Source of the DNA: Clostridiales bacterium UBA929
GTDB taxonomy: Bacteria; Bacillota; Clostridia; Oscillospirales; UBA929
Length of the DNA stretch: 44,236 nt
Direction: 5' to 3'
Assembly (NCBI GenBank): GCA_002293625.1
Contig: DBDP01000062.1
Span: forward strand, 25,376 to 69,611
Under the pieces are notes generated by a model. It was not told where the DNA came from, ran no database searches, and saw only the letters and a program-made list of their open reading frames with translations. The position numbers and the translations under genes are program-made. Of the stretch, positions 8,326 to 14,868 are shown piece after piece. Every line of letters begins with the position of its first letter. Positions within the stretch are counted from its first letter, which is position 1.

Positions 8326-9283
8326 CGTTTTCCTCCTGCTTTATGCGCGGCAGAATCATATGCTTGTATATCAACGGATAACTGGAAAACGCCGACAAGA
8401 ACCCGGTGAACGAGAAGAATAAGAAGGGCATCAGCAGCACGTCTCCGGGTGGGATGAAGAAGACAATGAATATGATGACCGCTTCAATCAGCAAAACAAG
8501 GAAGTTGCGCCCAAGCCCGACGATGGAAAACGCCAAAGAGTTCTTGAGGATACCATACAGCGGTATATCAAATGTGACAGCCATGATATACATATACTTC
8601 CGTGTAAACAGGATGATTACCATCAATAGCGGCGATACGAGCTTTGCGAGCATCATCGAGAACGCCGTGAACGAGGAAGCGTTCTCGGCTGTCTGCATCG
8701 TTAGGTTAAGAAACAGCATCGATAGCGCGAACAATTCCAAAAGCCCCAGCGCCACACCCTGCCGGAAATTCTTCTTCATACGGATAAAGAAGTCGCTGAT
8801 CCACGCGTGTTCCTCGCGTACAAAGTTCCGCAGAACGTAAGCGAATCCGCACATAATCGGTCCGTAGAGAATCACCGACGCCAGCAGCAGAATCAAAAAG
8901 ATGAACTCGGGAACCGTTGCGGGTGCTGTGAACGGGAATGAGATGGGAAAATTGATGAGCAAATCTTGAAAAACGGTAAAGAGAACGGCTCCCTCCACCG
9001 CCTCGCTGTCGGTGGAAGAACTCGCTGCATTCTCTTCCGTCTGTTCAATAATGTTTGTATAATAATCGGGATTCAAACTAAATATCCAGCCGTTGAAAGC
9101 ACGGAACACAACGGCGATAATCGGTAGCAGCATTATAAACACAAGCAGGTTTAGCAGAAGCAGGCGGGAAAACTTCCGCCAGTACAGCTCAAAAAAGCGG
9201 AAAAACGGCTTTTTGGGCGGCGCGTCGACGTCCACCCCTTTGCCGGGTTTGGTATAATCAAATAATCCGAAAAAACCAGCCAA
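8303..9283 (-). CDS. YesL-family (DUF624) integral membrane protein
   Basis: 326 aa. The N-terminus FFRFFELYWRKFSRLLLLNLLVFIMLLPII and the several TM segments are typical of DUF624. It uses a TTG start at 9281-9283 with GGGAG 8 nt upstream. Spot GC counts on three 60-nt lines were 42-55%. Confidence 0.7.
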   Translation of the reverse strand: MAGFFGLFDYTKPGKGVDVDAPPKKPFFRFFELYWRKFSRLLLLNLLVFIMLLPIIAVVFRAFNGWIFSLNPDYYTNIIEQTEENAASSSTDSEAVEGAVLFTVFQDLLINFPISFPFTAPATVPEFIFLILLLASVILYGPIMCGFAYVLRNFVREEHAWISDFFIRMKKNFRQGVALGLLELFALSMLFLNLTMQTAENASSFTAFSMMLAKLVSPLLMVIILFTRKYMYIMAVTFDIPLYGILKNSLAFSIVGLGRNFLVLLIEAVIIFIVFFIPPGDVLLMPFLFFSFTGFLSAFSSYPLIYKHMILPRIKQEENGEDTAEA

Positions 9284-9419
9284 TACGGTATCTCCCTATC
9301 TGTAAGTTAATCGTGTCACGTTCCGTAACGCCCGCCGGTCGGTTGCCTTTCGACCTTCGGTTACAGGCTCGCTAGACCCACGGTCTCCAAGTCAACCTGC
9401 CGGGCTATGGAACAGCTCT

Positions 9420-10292
9420 TTATGACCGCGCCCGCGGATGTGTCCGCTGATACACATCGGTCAATTTGTTTTTAATCATGTTGGCGTACATCTGGGTGGA
9501 GGAAATATCGGCGTGACCCAGCATTTCTTGAAGAGAACGGAGATCCGCTCCGTTTTCCAAGAGATGCATCGCGAAGGAGTGCCGGAGTGTGTGCGGTGTC
9601 GTATCTTTCTCAATTTGCGCCTTACCTTGATAATGCTTTATAATCTTCCAAAAACCCTGCCTGCTCATACGCTCCCCGCTTACATTTACGAAAAGCGATG
9701 TTTCGGCGGGGTTGCGAAGAAGCTGGAGCCGTGCTCTGTTTATGTAATTGGAAAGAGCTTGCGCAGCCGCTTGATAGATGGGGATAATGCGTTCGTGTCC
9801 GGCGGTGTTGCAGCGGATAAACCTCGCGCTTAGATTGACGTCGGTAGCATTCAGCGCGATCAGTTCGCTCACACGCATTCCCGTAGCGTACAAAACCTCC
9901 ATCATCGCCTTGTCGCGAATCCCTTTGGGGTCGGTAGACTTGGGTGCGAGTAATAAGCGATCTACCTCCGCGCCGGTGAGGATTTGGGGCATTTTGCGCT
10001 CGGTGCGGGCGGACGGAATCCCTCGTACCGGATTGGTTTTTAAGTACCCTTTATCGCACATAAAACTATAAAAACTTTTCAAGGACGCCATACTGCGCAT
10101 CACGGTGGAGGAAGATTTGCCCTTCGCCGTCATCAGGCGGGCATAGGCTGCGATATCACTCTCGGCGGCTTGCTCCGGCGGACAGAACGCGGCAAATTGC
10201 CGCAGATCTCTAAGATATGAGATCTGCGTGTTTTTCGACGCGTTTTTCTCCTGCACCAAATATGCTTCGTATTCATGTATGGCGTCAAGCAT
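9420..10292 (-). CDS. xerD: Tyrosine site-specific recombinase XerD (XerC/XerD type)
   Basis: 290 aa. It has an N-terminal SAM-like domain (ISYLRDLRQF) and a catalytic C-terminus (HTLRHSFAMHLLENGADLRSLQEMLGHADISSTQMY). Its position next to spoIIM resembles the B. subtilis xerD-fur-spoIIM neighbourhood. Confidence 0.85.
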   Translation of the reverse strand: MLDAIHEYEAYLVQEKNASKNTQISYLRDLRQFAAFCPPEQAAESDIAAYARLMTAKGKSSSTVMRSMASLKSFYSFMCDKGYLKTNPVRGIPSARTERKMPQILTGAEVDRLLLAPKSTDPKGIRDKAMMEVLYATGMRVSELIALNATDVNLSARFIRCNTAGHERIIPIYQAAAQALSNYINRARLQLLRNPAETSLFVNVSGERMSRQGFWKIIKHYQGKAQIEKDTTPHTLRHSFAMHLLENGADLRSLQEMLGHADISSTQMYANMIKNKLTDVYQRTHPRARS

Positions 10293-10311
10293 CAGATGTT
10301 TCCCACTTTCA

Positions 10312-10902
10312 TTATAACCTCGCGGCGGCTAGTCCGGCTAAGAGAGGGCAAAGCAACCACTCGGCGGCGGCTGCGATTGCGGTCACGCAGAGGGTTGCGG
10401 CAAATCGGGTGAAATGGTTTTTGCGGAACACATCGGCTCTCGTCTTCCTTACCGCCGCGCCGAGCAATGTCCGGCTGTCCAAAAGACTGTGCGTGCCAAT
10501 CAAAAAGAGACAGGGCAGACAGATTAACAGCGGAATACCTAACAGCGAAAGAGAGAACAGGATCCCGTCCAGAGAACCGAACACACGCACGCAGGACGCG
10601 ATGGTGTAGGATACTAAGAATCCCCGGAAAGCCACCATTAAGGGAATCAGCAGTACGCCCGGAATGGTGAACCCCAAAACAAAGCATACAGCCGGATACA
10701 GAACGGTGTCCGCCAATACGCGACCGACAGACGGCGCGTGGATCGCGTTTCCCGCGAACACGGACAAGTATTCTCGAACGGCGGCATCCGCCGTGTCTCC
10801 GCCTTGCAACGAGTACAGGCAACCGGCGGCAATGCCCATGAGGAACGCGAGCGCCAGTACACCCAGAGCAATGGAATACGTTGAAATGGTCTTATGTTCC
10901 AT
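10312..10902 (-). CDS. spoIIM: Stage II sporulation protein M
   Basis: A polytopic membrane protein of about 196 aa, read from the ATG at 10900-10902 (GGGGGG upstream). The segment LIPLMVAFRGFLVSYT is SpoIIM-like, and the gene is syntenic with xerD. Confidence 0.7.
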   Translation of the reverse strand: MEHKTISTYSIALGVLALAFLMGIAAGCLYSLQGGDTADAAVREYLSVFAGNAIHAPSVGRVLADTVLYPAVCFVLGFTIPGVLLIPLMVAFRGFLVSYTIASCVRVFGSLDGILFSLSLLGIPLLICLPCLFLIGTHSLLDSRTLLGAAVRKTRADVFRKNHFTRFAATLCVTAIAAAAEWLLCPLLAGLAAARL

Positions 10903-10921
10903 ATCGATCCCCCCATACTCC

Positions 10922-10950
10922 ATTTTATGTTGAGGGGACATGCTATATGA
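10922..10950 (-). promoter_or_regulatory. Possible sigma-E-type sporulation promoter upstream of spoIIM
   Basis: The minus strand reads TCATATA, 14 nt, then CATAAAAT. This resembles the B. subtilis sigma-E consensus as I recall it (-35 ..ATAtt, -10 CATAcAaT). spoIIM is sigma-E dependent in B. subtilis. Confidence 0.3.
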
Positions 10951-10957
10951 GTGACTG

Positions 10958-11758
10958 TTACTTGTTTAACTCCGCGCCGCGGTTCATACAGGCGTCCATC
11001 CCGGCGCGCAACGCCGTTTCGAGTCCCGCTTCGTCAAAGGCGCGGAACGCCGCTTCGGTGGTGCCTCCCGGTACGGCAACGCCGCTTGCGAGTTCCCCCG
11101 GCGCTTTGCCGCTTTCGGTAAGCATTCGGGACGCGCCGAGCATCGTCTGTGCCGCGATCCGCAGCGCGGCGTCGGCGGGGATATCGTTTTGCTCCGCCCA
11201 ATCGCCCATCACGGCGGCGATTCGGAAGAAATACGCCACGCCGCTCCCGCCTAAGGCGGTGGAGGCATTCATCCGTTCTTCCTCCAAAACCTCCACGATG
11301 CCGCCGCATTCAAATACGGCGCGCGCCGTTTTGACAAAACGTTCGGGTACGTTTTCGGGTTTTGCCATGACCGTCGCACCCGCACCGTAAGCCAGCGGGA
11401 GATTCGGCATCACGCGCAGCACACACGCGGTATCCGGCAGCAGCGCTTTCATTGAGGCGACGCTCACGCCGGCGGCGATGGAAAGCAGACACTTCCCGCC
11501 CATATGCGGCGAAATCTCTATTAACACATCGCTTACCTGATGCGGGCGGGTCGCGAGCAGGATGATGTCCGAAGCGAGAACCACGGCGGCGTTGTCCGGG
11601 CTTGTATGACACCCCATTGCGGCAAACGGCTTCAGCTCCGAAGCGACGGGTGAGGAGATATGTACCGAGGAAGGGGGAAACAGCCCGGCGCTAAGAACAG
11701 CTTTCAAAACCGCGCCGCCCATGTGTCCCGCGCCGATTGCGCCAAAATGGCCGATCAT
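10958..11758 (-). CDS. proC: Pyrroline-5-carboxylate reductase
   Basis: 266 aa. It has an N-terminal GAIGAGHMGGA dinucleotide fold, RVMPNLP, and a C-terminal VAVPGGTTEA motif. Confidence 0.9.
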   Translation of the reverse strand: MIGHFGAIGAGHMGGAVLKAVLSAGLFPPSSVHISSPVASELKPFAAMGCHTSPDNAAVVLASDIILLATRPHQVSDVLIEISPHMGGKCLLSIAAGVSVASMKALLPDTACVLRVMPNLPLAYGAGATVMAKPENVPERFVKTARAVFECGGIVEVLEEERMNASTALGGSGVAYFFRIAAVMGDWAEQNDIPADAALRIAAQTMLGASRMLTESGKAPGELASGVAVPGGTTEAAFRAFDEAGLETALRAGMDACMNRGAELNK

Positions 11759-11976
11759 ACAACCCCCCCTCCCCTCTTTATGCTTCGCCCCTCTATTTTA
11801 CGGTATCCGGGCAAAATAATCAAGAACCAATCGCCCGTCACGGGTAATTCCGTTATTATGCCCAAATCTTATGTCAACGGTATTATGTAAACCGCGTAAC
11901 CGAAGCACTCGACTACCCGCTCTTGCTGCGAGTGTAAATCAAGATATTGGGTTTCGCGGGAATTGAATCCGCAGAT

Positions 11977-12019
11977 ATACCGAAAAACAAAAATCCAGCC
12001 GGGGAATTCCCCGGCTGGA
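11977..12019 (-). terminator. Rho-independent terminator of the scfA-scfB operon
   Basis: TCCAGCCGGGG AATT CCCCGGCTGGA occupies 11994-12019. On the minus strand it is followed by TTTTTGTTTTT. Confidence 0.85.
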
Positions 12020-12039
12020 TGAATATTCCTGCTTAAAGG

Positions 12040-13341
12040 TTAATTACCGCTTAATTCCAGCGTTTTTAGATATATTGCACATTCCAACCTTTTTTTCTCA
12101 AGAGCGCATCCCAGCCGATCGCACTTCGCGATATCGCCATTGACGGTCAGGTTGGAGGCGGCGCAGCCGCCGCCGCAGTAATAACGCGCCCAACACTCCC
12201 GGCAGTCCTCCCGCCCTTCCGCGCTTAGTTCCGAGAAACGGGACGAAATCTCGCTTGAAAATGTACCTTCGGAAACATGCCCCATGCGGTATTCTTCCCG
12301 CCCCACAAACTGGTGGCAGGGATAGACATCCCCTTCGGGCGTGACGGCGGCGTACTCTATCCCCGCACCGCAGCCGCGCAGACGTTTGTAGACGCAGGGT
12401 CCCTGCTCCAGATCAACGTTAAAATGAAAAAAGGAGAAGGAGCAGTCCCCTGCCATCTGTTCGCACAGCTTCTCATACTGCTCGCAAAGCGCCGGAACGT
12501 CATCTTCGGTCAGCGCCAGCGGATGCCCCGGCGGCAGAACGGCGGGTTCGAGGGAAATGTTTTGGAACCCCAGCGAAGCCAAATGCGAGATGTCTTCGTT
12601 AAAATCCAAATTGTTTTTTGTGTATGTACCCCGCACATAGTAGTCCCCCGCCCGGGTCGCGATCACATGTTTATAGTTCGGCAGGATGACGTCGTATGAC
12701 CCGCCGCCCGGTACGCAGCGGCGTACCGCGTCGTTGACATGCGCCCGCCCGTCCAACGACAGAACGACGTTGCTCATTTCGCGGTTGAGATAATCGGTTA
12801 CGTCCTCGTCCAGCAGTACGCCGTTGGTCGTTAAGGTGAAGCGGAAGTTTTTTCGCGGTGCTATTTTACGCGCGTATTCCACGGTGTGTTTCACGGTGTC
12901 CAGCGCCATCAGCGGCTCGCCGCCGAAGAAGTCAATCTCTAAATTTCGTCTGCCGCCGCAGCGCGCAAGCAGATAATCAATCGACCGCTCCGCTATCTCC
13001 GGTGTCATGACCGAGCGCCGCCCCGTGCCGAAATCCCCCGTTTTCGCAAAGCAATACCCGCAGCGCAGATTGCAGTCGTGGGAGACATGCAAGCACAGTG
13101 CCTTGAGGGGCAGTCCGGCGTGTTCGACCGCGAAGGGTTCGGGTTCGGTGAACAACAGCCCGTCCTCTTTCAAGGCAAGCAGTTCCTCCCGCGCCTCCGC
13201 CTGCTCCGGCGTCAGCGGGGTATCCGTAAAGACCGCGCCGCTTTGCAGCACATCAAAAGCGGCGCGGTCCAACTCGTGTACCGCGCCGCTGTGAACGTCA
13301 AGGGCTATATAGCGTCCCAATAGAGCATACGAGTGAACCAT
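12040..13341 (-). CDS. scfB: Radical SAM/SPASM thioether-forming SCIFF peptide maturase
   Basis: It has the CNLRCGYC radical-SAM motif and a C-terminal SPASM Cys cluster (CRECWARYYCGGGC). I trimmed it to the ATG at 13339-13341 (MVHSYALLGRYIALDVHSGAVHELD, the family-typical N-terminus). That ATG overlaps the scfA stop as TGATG. Confidence 0.9.
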   Translation of the reverse strand: MVHSYALLGRYIALDVHSGAVHELDRAAFDVLQSGAVFTDTPLTPEQAEAREELLALKEDGLLFTEPEPFAVEHAGLPLKALCLHVSHDCNLRCGYCFAKTGDFGTGRRSVMTPEIAERSIDYLLARCGGRRNLEIDFFGGEPLMALDTVKHTVEYARKIAPRKNFRFTLTTNGVLLDEDVTDYLNREMSNVVLSLDGRAHVNDAVRRCVPGGGSYDVILPNYKHVIATRAGDYYVRGTYTKNNLDFNEDISHLASLGFQNISLEPAVLPPGHPLALTEDDVPALCEQYEKLCEQMAGDCSFSFFHFNVDLEQGPCVYKRLRGCGAGIEYAAVTPEGDVYPCHQFVGREEYRMGHVSEGTFSSEISSRFSELSAEGREDCRECWARYYCGGGCAASNLTVNGDIAKCDRLGCALEKKRLECAIYLKTLELSGN

Positions 13342-13529
13342 CACGCAACCGGCTGCTGCTTGATCGAAGCCAGCAGGGCGGATTGCTTCGTCTGGCGTTC
13401 GCATTTTTGGTTCGCGACCGTACAGGAGGTTTTGCACGCCGACTGGCACGATGTTTGGCATTCGCCGCAGCCGCCGTGGGAAGCGCTTTCTTTCATCGCG
13501 GCGCGGTTGAGAATTTTAATGTGTTTCAT
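13341..13529 (-). CDS. scfA: Six-cysteine ranthipeptide precursor SCIFF, with a C-terminal extension
   Basis: MKHIKILNRAAMKESASHGGCGECQTSCQSACKTSCTVANQKCE is the SCIFF signature, followed here by RQTKQSALLASIKQQPVA (62 aa in total). GAAAGGG lies upstream of the ATG at 13527-13529. Confidence 0.9.
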   Translation of the reverse strand: MKHIKILNRAAMKESASHGGCGECQTSCQSACKTSCTVANQKCERQTKQSALLASIKQQPVA

Positions 13530-13580
13530 AGAACCCTTTCTTTCTCTCGTCCGCCTGCGGCGAACATGGAGTTTGTTGTA

Positions 13581-13967
13581 TTATCTTCGTCTTTTCTGCC
13601 GTTTGGAGAAAATCCCCCCGAACAGCGACGGAAAAACCGAAGCCATCAGGATATACAGCGAATGGCGGGAGGGTGGGAACGCGAAGAGGAACCCCGCGAT
13701 CAGCAGCACCAAAAAGATGAACAGCCCCGTAACCATCGCGGTAGGGAGTTTGTGGCTCTCCGCCCGCTTTGCCGAGTACATACCGCCCAAAAACGCGCCG
13801 GCCGCCTCCGCCAAAATAACGGCGAGAATCATCATCTCCATCGGCAGAATCCCGCCGGTAACCAGTATCGCGGCAAAAGCCAAAATGACGAGGATAACGC
13901 CGAGCGATAAAGCCGAGAATTTCAGAACAAGTCGGAAAAGCCCTTTTGCTTCTTCTTTTTGCGGCAT
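13581..13967 (-). CDS. Small multi-pass membrane protein (TIGR04086/YrzE-like, tentative)
   Basis: 128 aa with about four TM segments and a basic C-terminus (KRQKRRR). AGGAGGG lies upstream. Its position between yajC and scfA is the usual clostridial context. Confidence 0.6.
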   Translation of the reverse strand: MPQKEEAKGLFRLVLKFSALSLGVILVILAFAAILVTGGILPMEMMILAVILAEAAGAFLGGMYSAKRAESHKLPTAMVTGLFIFLVLLIAGFLFAFPPSRHSLYILMASVFPSLFGGIFSKRQKRRR

Positions 13968-14092
13968 GAGAAACCCTCCTAATAAGGTTGTCTATGCCAC
14001 AGTGTATGCCGGTGTACAGGCCGGTAGACCAATAAATACTCCCGAATCGGTGTCGTCATCGCCCCGCACTTTCGCTTATGGCGAACATGTTC

Positions 14093-14446
14093 TTACTTGT
14101 CGCTGATTTGCTCGCCTTTGGAGGAAATCGCCCAGCGCATGATTTTGACCCTTGATTTTTCCGCGCCTGTTTCGAGGGTGATGGTATCGTCTTTAATCTG
14201 TACGACCTTGCCCACGATTCCCCCGATGGTCGTGATCTCATCGCCGACAATCAGTTCGTTGCGCATTTTGGCGGCCGCTTTTTTGCGTTTGCTTTCGGGG
14301 CGGATCAACATAAAGTAGAACACGACAATCAGAACCACCGGCAGCAGCAGGGTCATCAACATAGAGGTTACCGATGAGCTTGCCGCAGCGGGATCCGGCG
14401 TCGCGTTGGGATCCGCCGTAAGGAACAGAGACATTATAAAGTGCAT
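14093..14446 (-). CDS. yajC: Preprotein translocase subunit YajC
   Basis: FYFMLIRPESKRKK...VGDEITTIGGIVGKVVQIKDDTITLE is the YajC signature. The start at 14444-14446 is preceded by GGGAGGTGA. Confidence 0.85.
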   Translation of the reverse strand: MHFIMSLFLTADPNATPDPAAASSSVTSMLMTLLLPVVLIVVFYFMLIRPESKRKKAAAKMRNELIVGDEITTIGGIVGKVVQIKDDTITLETGAEKSRVKIMRWAISSKGEQISDK

Positions 14447-14513
14447 GGTTTCACCTCCCAGCCCGTCCATTATAAAGGGAACGCGCAAAAAACGCAAGAG
14501 GAATTTTCACAGA

Positions 14514-14852
14514 TCATGCCAACGAGGTATTCAATTTTTTCCCGCCGAGCAAATGGAAATGCAGATGCGCTACCGTCTGTCCGGCGTCCGCACCCGCGTT
14601 CGTCACGACGCGGAAGTCGGTCAGCGATACCAGCTTCGCGATTTCGGGGATTACCGTCCAGATGTGACCCAGCAGTTCCGCGTGTCCGGATGTAATTTCC
14701 GCCGCGCTTTTGATATGCTCCCGCGGAATAATCAACACATGCACCGGCGCCATCGGCGCGATGTCATGAAAAGCGTAGACATAGTCATCCTCGTACACCT
14801 TTTTAGACGGAATCTCCCCTTTAAGAATTTTACAGAAGATGCAATCCGACAT
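14514..14852 (-). CDS. HIT-family (histidine triad) nucleotide-binding protein
   Basis: 112 aa with CIFCKI at the N-terminus and the histidine triad HLHFHLLGG. Confidence 0.9.
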   Translation of the reverse strand: MSDCIFCKILKGEIPSKKVYEDDYVYAFHDIAPMAPVHVLIIPREHIKSAAEITSGHAELLGHIWTVIPEIAKLVSLTDFRVVTNAGADAGQTVAHLHFHLLGGKKLNTSLA

Positions 14853-14868
14853 ACAGCAGTCCCCTCTC

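Noticed and set aside
9284-9419. A glycine riboswitch, based on GGAGA, ACCGAAGG and AGGCAA strings on the minus strand.
   Set aside because: The region is too short for even one aptamer. It lacks the P3 helix and the CUCAGGCAAAAGGAC-type 3' core, and the downstream gene (YesL-like) has no link to glycine metabolism.
9420-10292. The tyrosine recombinase as an integrase marking a mobile element or island boundary.
   Set aside because: The sequence and length fit housekeeping XerC/XerD, and it sits next to spoIIM as in Bacillus. I found no flanking direct repeats, tRNA target, excisionase or phage/ICE genes.
11869-11893. A dif-like half-site, TTATGTAAACC (11883-11893), resembling the XerD arm of the B. 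subtilis dif site, with a similar TTATGTCAACG 14 nt upstream.
   Set aside because: The two copies are direct rather than inverted, and the left arm does not end in the CATAA needed for a XerC arm. The TGTCAA also doubles as a possible -35 element (TTGACA on the minus strand) for proC. This is most likely promoter or operator sequence, not dif.
11759-12039. The 280-nt gap upstream of proC as a T-box or other riboswitch, or as a small RNA gene.
   Set aside because: I found no T-box sequence (AAUUAGGGUGGUACCGCG-like) and no specifier or antiterminator arrangement. There are only short hairpins plus the scfB terminator. I cannot support any RNA call by eye.
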